Assembly: GCA_963758085.1 (NCBI GenBank) | Contig: CAVWUB010000004.1 | Span: 334,259-398,258 of the forward strand | Direction of reading: 5' to 3' | Source: an uncultured Planctomycetaceae bacterium | Lineage (GTDB): Bacteria; Planctomycetota; Planctomycetia; Pirellulales; Pirellulaceae | DNA length: 64,000 nucleotides | Part shown: positions 47,307-56,862 of the stretch, in pieces | Layout: each line of letters begins with the position of its first letter | Position numbering within the stretch: the stretch's first letter is position 1 | The notes under the pieces: model-generated | Seen by the model: only the letters and a program-made list of their open reading frames with translations | Databases searched by the model: none | Told to the model about the DNA's origin: nothing | Position numbers and translations under genes: made by a program

Positions 47307-47653
47307 TTTGTGGTGCTCGGTGCAGGTGAGTGGAGTATGTGGCTAAAACCGCACGCTGGGTGCTGTATGAGGGCTTGAGGAGATCGGGATTCAGTCCGTC
47401 AGAAACCTTCTGAGTCGGCGTCTACGCGAGACCTGTGCCAAATGATGAGTAGCTCCCGAAAAAGAGCCTCTTGGGGCGTCATGAAGGGCGCATTGACGCC
47501 GTTTTTTGTTGCTTCCTTGCCATTGGCGACGAAATTGCAAACAGTGCAGCAGAGGCATTGTGGCCGTGCGCCGCCGTGAGATATTATGGCTCCCCCGACG
47601 GCTTCCCGTGATATGTGACGGCAAGCCAGTAAATCAGATAACACGAGATCGAC

Positions 47654-49297
47654 TTGGAACGCTTTCAGTCTCTTTTACTGAGCGTGTGGCGTGAGGCTTG
47701 CCGCCACATTGAATTATCCGAATCTGCAGCCGTGATCGCGTGCCTGCTCGAGGAGCGTTTGCCACTGGAGTTGCTGATGGTTCGTCAGTTCGACTTCGAC
47801 AGCTGCGCCCTGAAGACCGTTGCGATTGGGCAATCGCATTCGGCTCCCTTTCACGCCACGCCCGACGCTTTCGCTTCTCCGGCTCGGTGGCAGCGGTTGA
47901 TCGCTTGGGCGCAACGCGGAGCGACTCTGTCGAGTCCGGCGAACCGGCGTAGCGGGGAAACGGCCCTGCTGGTGCCGCCCGAGGTAGAAGGCGACGTGAT
48001 CGCCGGTCCGCTGACCGGTTCGGCGGGACCGATTGGAGCACTGGTGCTCACCGCCCCATTCAATCGTTCATTTAGCACCTTGGATGCTCAGCTGCTGGCT
48101 CAACTGTTAGAGCCGTTTTCGGTGGCGTTGGAGAATCACCTGCGCGTGCATGAACTGAAGACGCTGCGGGAAGCGGCGGTTGCGGAGAAACACACGCTCC
48201 TAAAACGCTTAGGCCATTCAAAAAAAACCGATGAGACGATCATCGGGGCCGAGTCTGGATTGCACCGCGTGATGCAACGGGTGGATATGGTGGCCTCCTC
48301 GGATGTGCCGGTGCTGATCTTGGGCGAGACCGGGACGGGTAAGGAAGTGATCTCGCGAGCGATCCATACCCGCTCACGACGATCCAGCGGACCTTTCATC
48401 CGAGTCAACTGTGGTGCGATCCCAAACGAATTGATCGATAGCCAACTGTTTGGGCATGAACGCGGCAGCTTCACCGGCGCCGACGCCACTCGGCAAGGTT
48501 GGTTCGAGCGCGCCGATGGCGGCACGCTGTTCTTGGACGAGATCGGCGAGTTGCCGTTGGCTGCTCAGGTGCGTCTGCTGCGCGTGCTTCAAGACGCATT
48601 CATCGAACGCGTGGGCGGGCAGAACCCCATACGCGTCGATGTCCGGATCGTTGCGGCGACTCACCGGGACCTATCATCCATGGTCCGCAGCGGCCAGTTC
48701 CGCGAAGACCTGTGGTATCGCATCAACGTGTTTCCATTGCAAATGCCGCCGCTACGCGATCGTCCCGAGGATATCGCTAAGTTGGTGCGGCATTTCACCG
48801 CCCGCGCGTCCGAACGGTTTGGGCTGCCCTACGTCGAGCCATCCTCGGACGACTTGTTGGTGATGTTACAGTACCGCTGGCCGGGCAACATCCGCGAGCT
48901 CGCCGCGGTGATCGACCGCGCTGTGATCCTCGGCGAAGGTCAGCGACTGGAAATTGGAACCGCACTGGGAGTGGGCCGGCCGACTGAGCCCGTCATGCCG
49001 CCCACCGATGGTACGGAGGAGCAGCCGACCTTCTATGAAGTGATTCCCGAGTCACTTCCCAGCACTTCGGGTGCACCGTCCAGACTGACCGCTGGTCAAC
49101 AAGTGTCCGCTGAGCCGCTGACGCTCGATGAGGCGATGAAACGGCACATCCAGTCGGTCCTGCAGCGTGTTTCGGGCCGGATCGAAGGTCGCGGTGGCGC
49201 GGCGGAACTGCTGGGAATCAACCCGCACACCTTGCGCGCCCGGATGCGCAAGCTCGGTGTCCAGTGGGCCGCCTTCCGCGGCCGCAATGGGTATTGA
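47654..49297 (+). CDS. Sigma-54-dependent transcriptional activator (GAF-like sensor, AAA+ sigma54-interaction domain, Fis-type HTH)
   Basis: VLILGETGTGKEVISRAIH, the GAFTGA-like motif ERGSFTGA, GGTLFLDEIGELP, and the C-terminal HTH AAELLGINPHTLRARMRKLG. Confidence 0.85.
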   Translation: MERFQSLLLSVWREACRHIELSESAAVIACLLEERLPLELLMVRQFDFDSCALKTVAIGQSHSAPFHATPDAFASPARWQRLIAWAQRGATLSSPANRRSGETALLVPPEVEGDVIAGPLTGSAGPIGALVLTAPFNRSFSTLDAQLLAQLLEPFSVALENHLRVHELKTLREAAVAEKHTLLKRLGHSKKTDETIIGAESGLHRVMQRVDMVASSDVPVLILGETGTGKEVISRAIHTRSRRSSGPFIRVNCGAIPNELIDSQLFGHERGSFTGADATRQGWFERADGGTLFLDEIGELPLAAQVRLLRVLQDAFIERVGGQNPIRVDVRIVAATHRDLSSMVRSGQFREDLWYRINVFPLQMPPLRDRPEDIAKLVRHFTARASERFGLPYVEPSSDDLLVMLQYRWPGNIRELAAVIDRAVILGEGQRLEIGTALGVGRPTEPVMPPTDGTEEQPTFYEVIPESLPSTSGAPSRLTAGQQVSAEPLTLDEAMKRHIQSVLQRVSGRIEGRGGAAELLGINPHTLRARMRKLGVQWAAFRGRNGY

Positions 49298-49599
49298 GCA
49301 GACCTGCTTCATTCGCACCTTACGGTGATAACACTTTGCTTAGCCCAACTCGTTGCGTTCCCCTGCATTAACGGATGAACCGCAACTCAGCCGCCGCCAG
49401 CAGCGATTGGCTCCTCCTACAGGTCGCTGGGGCCTTCCGTTTCATAAACCGCTGCGGATGACGCCGGCCATTTTGCACCGCACCATGCTGAGCAGCTAAC
49501 GCCGACTTAGGGACTGCCCGTCTTCGCCTGGAGTGATCGTGCAGCTAAACTGAACAAGCCCGAGAACCCATTTCCGCCCGCTTTCGATGGAGACTTGCG

Positions 49600-50181
49600 A
49601 TGTCCCGCACCTTCGCCCTTTTGGTCACACTGTTGGTAAGTGCCGCGGTTCCAGCTGCGAATGCCGAAGAACCCAAATCGCCTGGCGTGGGTGATCCGGC
49701 GCCTACGTTTGAGGCGCAGGATGACCAAGGGAAAACCTGGAAGTCGTCCGAACATTTCGGCAAGAAGATCGTCGTGATTTACTTTTATCCTGCGGACATG
49801 ACCGGTGGGTGTACCGCTCAAGCGTGCGCGTTCCGCGATGACATGGGCGAGTTGGCTGACAAGGAAGTTGAAGTCGTTGGAGTCAGTGGTGACTCAGTGG
49901 AAAACCACCAGTTGTTTAAGAAAGCGCACGGCTTGAACTTTACCCTGCTAGCCGACGTCGACGGTAAAGTCGCCGATGCGTTCGGGGTGCCGAAAACGGT
50001 CGGCGAGAAGACCGTCAAGGCGGTCATTGACGGAGTGACTCACGATCTCACCCGCAACGTCACCACCCAGCGTTGGACCTTTATCGTCGACCGTGATGGC
50101 AAAATCGCCTATAAGGATCCGAGCGTGAACGCCCGTCAGGACAGCCAAAAGGTCTTGGCCGCCCTGGATAAACTGCGCTAA
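49600..50181 (+). CDS. bcp: Secreted peroxiredoxin, Bcp/PrxQ type
   Basis: A signal peptide, and FYPADMTGGCTAQACAFRDD closely matches the Bcp active site FYPKAMTPGCTVQACGLRD. Confidence 0.8.
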   Translation: MSRTFALLVTLLVSAAVPAANAEEPKSPGVGDPAPTFEAQDDQGKTWKSSEHFGKKIVVIYFYPADMTGGCTAQACAFRDDMGELADKEVEVVGVSGDSVENHQLFKKAHGLNFTLLADVDGKVADAFGVPKTVGEKTVKAVIDGVTHDLTRNVTTQRWTFIVDRDGKIAYKDPSVNARQDSQKVLAALDKLR

Positions 50182-50645
50182 GCACCCGGGAACAATTGGG
50201 TTCAGTCAGCGGATTTTTCCAAAACCACTAAGGATTGGTTTCGGCTAAGTCAATCCCAACAGCCGGACTGTGTCTCGACATTGAATAGATCCATGAGCAT
50301 TGAAGCTTAGGTCATGCTTGGCGTGGTCGGATTCGACTTTGTAGTCGTCGCCGGCGTGCGTGAGACGCGGGCTTGCTGGGCTGGGCAGGACAACAGATCC
50401 CTGGTCGGGCAAAAACAGAATGAGGTGTGATGCTCCGCCTAGCCGGGGTGGTGCTGCCGATGTTCGCCTTCCTGAACAATACGCCTGTCGCCGCGATGTT
50501 CGTGCCGGTGGTCCTCGACTGGTGCCGCCGGCAGTCACTGTGCTGGAAGGCAGTCTGGGTAGCGGCAGGCAAATCCGTTACACTTTGCCGGCCCACACCG
50601 GATTGTTGCATTTGATGTCCCGCCGAAGCCGTCGACGGATCGCTG

Positions 50646-53591
50646 ATGAGCCTTGCCCTGATCGTTTTGCTCCCGTTTCTCGGAGCCGTGCTACCGGCGC
50701 TGATGATTCGTTCAGGACGAGATGCGTGTGCGATCGCGACCGGATCAATCAACACGCTCGCTCTGGCACTTTTGCTGACCAACATCCCGGCAGTGCTCCG
50801 CGGCGAGGTCGTTCGCGCCGATTGGCCGTGGATGTCTCGCCTGGGCTTGAATATCCAGTTCTTCGTCGATGGGCTCGGGTTGCTGTTTGCCGCGATGATT
50901 TTGGGCATCGGGCTGCTGATCGTGCTGTATGCCCGATTCTACCTGTCCGATGGCGACACGATGGGCAACTTTTACACGTACCTACTGCTCTTTCAGGGGG
51001 CGATGGTCGGCATCGTGTTGTCCAACAACGTGCTGCTGATGCTGATCTTTTGGGAACTAACCAGCCTGTCGTCGTTCTTGTTGATCGGATTTTGGGGACA
51101 TACGGCGGCCGGGCGGCAGGGCGCGAGGATGGCGCTGACGGTCACCGGCGGAGGAGGGTTGGCATTAATCGCTGGCATGATGCTGCTGGGGCACATCGCC
51201 GGCTCCTATGAGTTGACCGAGATCCTTACCAGCGGCGCGGCAGTCCGCAGTTCAGCGCTCTATCCGTGGGCACTGATGCTGATCCTGATTGGCTGTTTCA
51301 CCAAGAGTGCGCAGTTTCCATTTCACTTCTGGCTGCCTCATGCCATGGCTGCGCCGACACCGGTTTCGGCGTACCTGCACTCAGCGACGATGGTCAAAGC
51401 GGGCATCTTTCTGATGGCCAGGTTGTGGCCGGTCCTATCGGGGACTGACCTGTGGTTCTACATCGTCGCGACGACAGGCCTGGTGACGATGCTGGTCGCC
51501 GCCACCATTGCGCTGTTTGAAGACGACCTAAAAGGTTTATTGGCTTATTCTACGGTCAGCCACTTAGGTCTGATGACGATGCTGCTGGGGTTTTCAACGC
51601 CGATGGCGGTGGTTGCCTGCATGTTGCACATCATCAATCATGCGACATTTAAGGCGGCCCTGTTTATGAATACCGGTATCATCGATCACGAGACCGGTAC
51701 CCGAGACCTTCGCAAACTTGGCGGGCTGATCCACCTCATGCCGATGACGGCAACGCTCGGCATCACGGCCGCCGCGTCGATGGGTGGTTTACCGCTGCTA
51801 AGTGGCTTTCTCTCTAAAGAGATGATGCTCGAGGAGGCATCTCATACCGTCTGGGCGGGATCAACTTGGGTGCTTCCCGTGCTGGTCACGCTGGCAGCAG
51901 TGCTGTCAATGGCATACTCGCTGCGCTACATCGCTCACCTGTACCTCGGCAAACAACGCGATGACTACCCTCAACCGCCGCACGATCCAGGGTTGGGCTT
52001 AACGCTGCCGTCGGCTGTGTTGGTGGTCTTGGTGGTCTTGGTCGGGTTGTTTCCTGAAACGTTTGCGGGAACCACGGTGCGACTTGCATCGTCAGCTGTA
52101 CTGCAAGCACCGCTGCCGGAGTTTCACCTGGCGATCTGGCACGGTTGGACTCCGGCCGTGACAATGTCGGCGATCGCAATCGTCGTCGGATTTAGCACAT
52201 TGCTCGCATTTGGTTTGATTCGTGAACCTTGGACGCGGCTGCCGCTGCCCGTAGGCAAGTCGCTCTTTGATGCCCTCATCGATGCGCTTGCCGCCCTTTC
52301 GCGGGCGGTGGGCTCAGGACTCCACAACGGTTCGCTGCAGCGCTATTTGTTTGTGATGATCACCACCACACTCATCCTGGGCATGTGGTCATTTATAAGG
52401 CACGAACATGCCGCTGGCCAGCGGCCTCTGATGCCAATCAACGCAGTCGTTTTCGTTGCCTGGTTGCTCCTGATGGGCTCTTGCTTCTTGATCATCCGCC
52501 ATCATGCAGACCGTTTATTGGCGTTGATCATTGTCAACGTGATCGGGCTGATCGCGTCACTGGGGTTCGTCTACCTGTCAGCACCCGACCTGGCGCTGAC
52601 TCAGATTTCGGTCGAGGTGGTGACGCTGATCCTGATGCTCTTGGCGCTTTACTTCTTGCCAAAACATTCACTGACAGCGGTAACGCGGGCGGTGCGTGTT
52701 CGGCATGGCCTGTTGTCGGTGTTTGCCGGAGCAGCCGCAGGTGGTCTGACCTGGGCGATGATGACACGCGATTCCAAGTCAATTTCAGAATACTACTGGC
52801 AACAGGCGATTCCCGGCAGCGGCGGCAAGAATGTCGTCAATGTGATCATCGTTGACTTCCGCGGCTTTGACACTTTCGGCGAGATCATGGTACTGGGCAT
52901 CTCAGCGCTGATCATCTACGCACTGCTCGAGGGGATGCTGCGCGGGGAGGCATTGATGAAGCTGGCAATGTGGAACTCAGACCAGCGGTATTCACCCAAT
53001 CGCCACCCACTGGTGATGGTGGTGGTAACGCGGCTGATGTTACCTTTGGCGCTGATGGTCAGCGTGTTCATCTTCCTGCGCGGCCATAATATGCCAGGAG
53101 GCGGCTTCATTGCCGCATTGGTGGTGGCGATTGCGCTGATCATGCAGTACATGGCCAGCGGGTTCGGCTGGGCCGCCAAGCAGGTGCGATTCGACTACCA
53201 CGCGCTGATCGGCGGCGGTGCCTTGATCGCTGCGGCGACAGGGATTTCTGCGATGGTTCTGGATCTCCCCTTTCTGACCAGCGGCCATGACCATTTTCAT
53301 TTGCCTTGGATCGGCGACGTCGAACTTTCCAGTACCGTCGCATTTGATCTTGGCGTGTTTCTAACAGTAGTTGGCGGGGTGATGCTGGCGCTGGCGCAGT
53401 TATCTTACCTCGGAGAGAACACCGCTCGAGAAAAGATGAATGAAGAGCCGATGGATTTTGATCCCTCGGCGCGGCGGCCTCGGCTCGCCTCTGCCGATCA
53501 ACAAGCGGCAAGTGCAGCGGCGTCGCTGCCGCGACCTCAAGCCGGCCAGATCACTGGTTCGGAAGCGTCCGATTTCCCTAAAGAGCACTGA
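50646..53591 (+). CDS. mrpA: Na+/H+ antiporter subunit A, fused with subunit B (MrpA/MrpB)
   Basis: A 981-aa polytopic protein with NuoL-like MrpA conservation. The extra ~200 aa at the C-terminus are consistent with an MrpB fusion. It is the first gene of a 7-cistron mrp cluster. Confidence 0.8.
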   Translation: MSLALIVLLPFLGAVLPALMIRSGRDACAIATGSINTLALALLLTNIPAVLRGEVVRADWPWMSRLGLNIQFFVDGLGLLFAAMILGIGLLIVLYARFYLSDGDTMGNFYTYLLLFQGAMVGIVLSNNVLLMLIFWELTSLSSFLLIGFWGHTAAGRQGARMALTVTGGGGLALIAGMMLLGHIAGSYELTEILTSGAAVRSSALYPWALMLILIGCFTKSAQFPFHFWLPHAMAAPTPVSAYLHSATMVKAGIFLMARLWPVLSGTDLWFYIVATTGLVTMLVAATIALFEDDLKGLLAYSTVSHLGLMTMLLGFSTPMAVVACMLHIINHATFKAALFMNTGIIDHETGTRDLRKLGGLIHLMPMTATLGITAAASMGGLPLLSGFLSKEMMLEEASHTVWAGSTWVLPVLVTLAAVLSMAYSLRYIAHLYLGKQRDDYPQPPHDPGLGLTLPSAVLVVLVVLVGLFPETFAGTTVRLASSAVLQAPLPEFHLAIWHGWTPAVTMSAIAIVVGFSTLLAFGLIREPWTRLPLPVGKSLFDALIDALAALSRAVGSGLHNGSLQRYLFVMITTTLILGMWSFIRHEHAAGQRPLMPINAVVFVAWLLLMGSCFLIIRHHADRLLALIIVNVIGLIASLGFVYLSAPDLALTQISVEVVTLILMLLALYFLPKHSLTAVTRAVRVRHGLLSVFAGAAAGGLTWAMMTRDSKSISEYYWQQAIPGSGGKNVVNVIIVDFRGFDTFGEIMVLGISALIIYALLEGMLRGEALMKLAMWNSDQRYSPNRHPLVMVVVTRLMLPLALMVSVFIFLRGHNMPGGGFIAALVVAIALIMQYMASGFGWAAKQVRFDYHALIGGGALIAAATGISAMVLDLPFLTSGHDHFHLPWIGDVELSSTVAFDLGVFLTVVGGVMLALAQLSYLGENTAREKMNEEPMDFDPSARRPRLASADQQAASAAASLPRPQAGQITGSEASDFPKEH

Positions 53592-53593
53592 AG

Positions 53594-53947
53594 ATGGAAT
53601 ATCTAGTGGCGAGCGCGGTGGCGGTGATGGCCGCTGCGGGAGTTTACCTGACGCTCAGCCAAGGAACCTTCACCATTGTGATCGGACTGACCCTGCTGAC
53701 CTATGCGACCAATTTGTTTCTCTTCACGATGGGGCGCTTGGCTGCCAATCAACCGGGCATTATCTTCGATCCGGCGGCTCCCCATTCTGATCCGATTCCA
53801 CAAGCACTGGTACTGACGGCAATCGTCATCTCTTTCGGGATGACGGCACTGCTACTGGTAATGTCCGTGCGCGGGTACTTTGAGAGTGATGGCGACACCG
53901 TCGACCTGCTTGGCCCCGAGGAAACGGTGGCGCGGAGCCGGCAATGA
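53594..53947 (+). CDS. mrpC: Na+/H+ antiporter subunit C (NuoK-like)
   Basis: A 117-aa, 3-TM protein (LTLLTYATNLFLFTMG), positioned after mrpA. Confidence 0.75.
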   Translation: MEYLVASAVAVMAAAGVYLTLSQGTFTIVIGLTLLTYATNLFLFTMGRLAANQPGIIFDPAAPHSDPIPQALVLTAIVISFGMTALLLVMSVRGYFESDGDTVDLLGPEETVARSRQ

Positions 53948-55470
53948 ACCATTGGTTGATCCTACCGATCTTAGTGCCTGCCATTGTGGCGCCCCTACTG
54001 GCGATGGCGGTCCGACACGACATTGTGCTGGCACGCGTTTACTCAGTCGGCTCGACCGTTTTACTCGTGCTGATTGGACTCCTGCAAGTTTGGATGGCGT
54101 TTGACGGAACAACGCGCACCTATGCGCTGGGCAACTGGGCGGCGCCGTTCGGGATCATTTTGGTCCTGGATCGCTTGGCGGCGATCATGCTGCTGCTGAC
54201 CGCCGTGCTGGGATTGTTCGTTCTGCTCTATGCCATCAATGGGTGTGACCGCCGCGGACAACATTTTCACGCGCTGTTTCAGTTTCAGTTGATGGGGCTC
54301 AATGGTGCATTTTTAACGGGTGACCTGTTTAATCTGTTTGTGTTTTTCGAGGTTTTGCTGATTGCATCGTATGGGCTAATGGTTCATGGCGGCGGTGCGG
54401 CAAGAACGCGAGCAGCAATCCAGTACGTGGTTGTGAACCTCGTCGGCTCGAGCCTGTTCCTGTTCGCTTTGGGATTGATTTATGGTGTCACCGGCACGCT
54501 AAACATGGCCGACTTGGCGACAAAGGTCCCTCAAGTTGAAAGCGGCAATCGAGCCTTGCTTTACACCGGCGCCACACTGCTGTTGATCGTTTTCGGTCTG
54601 AAAGCCGCGATGGTCCCGCTGCATTTTTGGTTGCCCGGAACGTATGCCAATACGACCGGCCCTGTGGCGGCACTGTTTTCGATCATGACGAAGGTCGGTG
54701 CTTACGGGATCATCCGCGTTTTTATTTTGGCGTTTGGCCCAGCGGAAGGTGAAAACGGTTGGTTCATGGCCGATTGGTTGATGCCGTCGGCGGCCATCAC
54801 CGTGGTGTTAGGAATGATCGGGGTTGTCGCCGCACGCAGCCTCAGTCAGCAAGGTAGCTTCGCCGCCATGGCGTCGATGGGAACCGTGATGATTGCGGTT
54901 GCCGGTTTTACCCCGCAGACGGAATCGGCGGCGCTCTACTACCTCATTCATTCCACCCTTGCAATTGCGGCGTTGTTCCTCGTCATCGACGCGGTGACCA
55001 TCCGCCGCCCCGGCTTTGGCGATGCGTTGACCACCGCTCCTCAGTTCGCTCAGATCGGCTTGATTGGATCGATGTTTTTCGTCACTGTGATTGCGGTAGC
55101 CGGACTGCCGCCACTCTCCGGCTTCACCGGCAAACTGCTCATTCTCGACGCAACTAGGGGACTGCAGGGCTGGGGGTGGATTTGGGCTGTGATTTTAGGA
55201 ACATCGCTGCTGGCATTGATCAGTTTTGCCAGTAGCGGGAGTGTGATTTTCTGGAAAAGCACATCGGTCGAGGGCACATTGGTCACAGCGGATCGCCCGC
55301 CAATCGCGTTGCCCATGGTAGCCATTGGATCCGTTCTCGCGATCTTGTTTCTGTTCACGGCAGCGTCACCCGCAGTCAACAGCTACCTCGATGCGACCGC
55401 CGAGCAACTCTTCGATTCTCAGCAATACATCCGCGCTGTCCTCGATGAAGCGGAGCTTGCCTCGTCATGA
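53944..55470 (+). CDS. mrpD: Na+/H+ antiporter subunit D (NuoM/N-like)
   Basis: A 508-aa polytopic protein with the proton-pumping antiporter-like fold. It overlaps mrpC by 4 nt. Confidence 0.8.
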   Translation: MNHWLILPILVPAIVAPLLAMAVRHDIVLARVYSVGSTVLLVLIGLLQVWMAFDGTTRTYALGNWAAPFGIILVLDRLAAIMLLLTAVLGLFVLLYAINGCDRRGQHFHALFQFQLMGLNGAFLTGDLFNLFVFFEVLLIASYGLMVHGGGAARTRAAIQYVVVNLVGSSLFLFALGLIYGVTGTLNMADLATKVPQVESGNRALLYTGATLLLIVFGLKAAMVPLHFWLPGTYANTTGPVAALFSIMTKVGAYGIIRVFILAFGPAEGENGWFMADWLMPSAAITVVLGMIGVVAARSLSQQGSFAAMASMGTVMIAVAGFTPQTESAALYYLIHSTLAIAALFLVIDAVTIRRPGFGDALTTAPQFAQIGLIGSMFFVTVIAVAGLPPLSGFTGKLLILDATRGLQGWGWIWAVILGTSLLALISFASSGSVIFWKSTSVEGTLVTADRPPIALPMVAIGSVLAILFLFTAASPAVNSYLDATAEQLFDSQQYIRAVLDEAELASS

Positions 55471-56093
55471 GTGAACATGCGCAACAACGTCATCGCCAAG
55501 AGGTGAAGCACCAGCGAGATCTCGACACGGGCGAGCGTGATATCGACCATCGCGACAATGACCGCCGCGACACGCGTGCCGGCATGCCACACCGCCGTGG
55601 CTATCTGCAACGTTGGTTACCACACCCGCTGTTGACGCTTGTGCTGGTGTTGCTGTGGATGGCGTTGCTCAATAGTTTTACCGTAGGTGGTCTGTTGATG
55701 GGCATCGTGCTTGGCATGTTGATTCCGATCTACACCGCCCATTTCTGGCCAGAACGCCCGGTGGTGCGATCACCGCACAAGGTGTTGGTGCTTATTGGGA
55801 TTGTTGCATTCGACATGATTGTCGCCAACATTCATGTGGCATACCTCATTCTGTTTCGGCCCGTGGCGCGTCTGCAGAACCGATGGGTTAGCATACCTCT
55901 AGACTTAACCAGCCCCGAGGCAATTACCGTCCTGATTGGTACCATCACTCTCACGCCTGGGACGGTAGCCAGCGACTTGGCAGCCGATGGAAGCTCGCTG
56001 CTGATCTATTGCCTCGACGTGGATGATGAAGATGAGCTCATTCGCCGCGTCAAGGATCGCTACGAGAGAAGAATCGGAGAGTTTTTGCCATGA
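55467..56093 (+). CDS. mrpE: Na+/H+ antiporter subunit E
   Basis: The MrpE-like core LLTLVLVLLWMALLNSFTVGGLLMGIVLG...ITLTPGTVASDL. The N-terminal His/Asp/Arg-rich 40 aa may not be translated, so the start is uncertain. Confidence 0.65.
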   Translation: MSEHAQQRHRQEVKHQRDLDTGERDIDHRDNDRRDTRAGMPHRRGYLQRWLPHPLLTLVLVLLWMALLNSFTVGGLLMGIVLGMLIPIYTAHFWPERPVVRSPHKVLVLIGIVAFDMIVANIHVAYLILFRPVARLQNRWVSIPLDLTSPEAITVLIGTITLTPGTVASDLAADGSSLLIYCLDVDDEDELIRRVKDRYERRIGEFLP

Positions 56094-56359
56094 TCGAGTA
56101 CGCCCTGGCATTTGGCTTTGTCGCCGTCTCCGCAGCACTATTGATGAATCTGTGGCGACTGGCGGCCGGTCCAACTGTGATGGATCGCGTGGTGGCCGTT
56201 GACACGATGGTGATCAATATCATCGCGCTGATCATTCTATATGGGATTTGGGTTAACACCACACTTTATTTTGAATCCGCACTGCTACTGGCGATGTTCA
56301 GTTTTATCTCCACGGTAGCGTGCTGCCGGTTCTTGCTGCGCGGCGACGTAATCGAGTAG
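56090..56359 (+). CDS. mrpF: Na+/H+ antiporter subunit F
   Basis: An 89-aa, 3-TM protein, MIEYALAFGFVAVSAALLMNLWRL, the typical MrpF N-terminus. Confidence 0.7.
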   Translation: MIEYALAFGFVAVSAALLMNLWRLAAGPTVMDRVVAVDTMVINIIALIILYGIWVNTTLYFESALLLAMFSFISTVACCRFLLRGDVIE

Positions 56360-56369
56360 AGCTAGACTC

Positions 56370-56771
56370 ATGAATCTTTACACTGAGATATTGATCACGT
56401 TTTTCATCATCGTGGGGGCATTCTTCATCGCCGTCGGCTCCTATGGATTGATCAAGTTCCCGGACCTGATGAGCCGGTTGCATGGTCCTTCCAAAGCCAC
56501 CACCCTCGGCGTCGGCGGATGTTTGATCGCTTCGATGATCCACTTTGCTGCCATCGAGGGTCGGTTGTCGATCCAAGAGCTGCTGATCACGTTCTTTCTG
56601 TTCATTACCGCTCCTGTGACCGCCCATTTTGTTGCCAAGGCTTACTTGCACACAGAAGTTGATCCGGATCAGGACTTGCCTCAACCATCTGGTCGCTATG
56701 GCTGGAGTACCTTCGAATCGGTCGAAGACGAGCCGCTGGCCACCGGAGATTCAGCAGCCAGGGTGCTCTGA
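56370..56771 (+). CDS. mrpG: Na+/H+ antiporter subunit G
   Basis: MNLYTEILITFFIIVGAFFIAVGSYGLIKFPDLMSRLHGPSKATTLG is the conserved MrpG N-terminus. Confidence 0.75.
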   Translation: MNLYTEILITFFIIVGAFFIAVGSYGLIKFPDLMSRLHGPSKATTLGVGGCLIASMIHFAAIEGRLSIQELLITFFLFITAPVTAHFVAKAYLHTEVDPDQDLPQPSGRYGWSTFESVEDEPLATGDSAARVL

Positions 56772-56862
56772 GAGCCTATCGGAAACAACGTGCATTTTGG
56801 CAGGCGGTGCGTTATCCTGATCCTCCGACTGAGTCCGGTGATATCAACCAAAAGGTGTTGCG

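Noticed and set aside
49440-49470. Sigma-54 promoter upstream of bcp (ggccattttgcacc)
   Set aside because: The GG-to-GC spacing is about 6 nt instead of the required 10, so it does not fit the TGGCAC-N5-TTGCA consensus.
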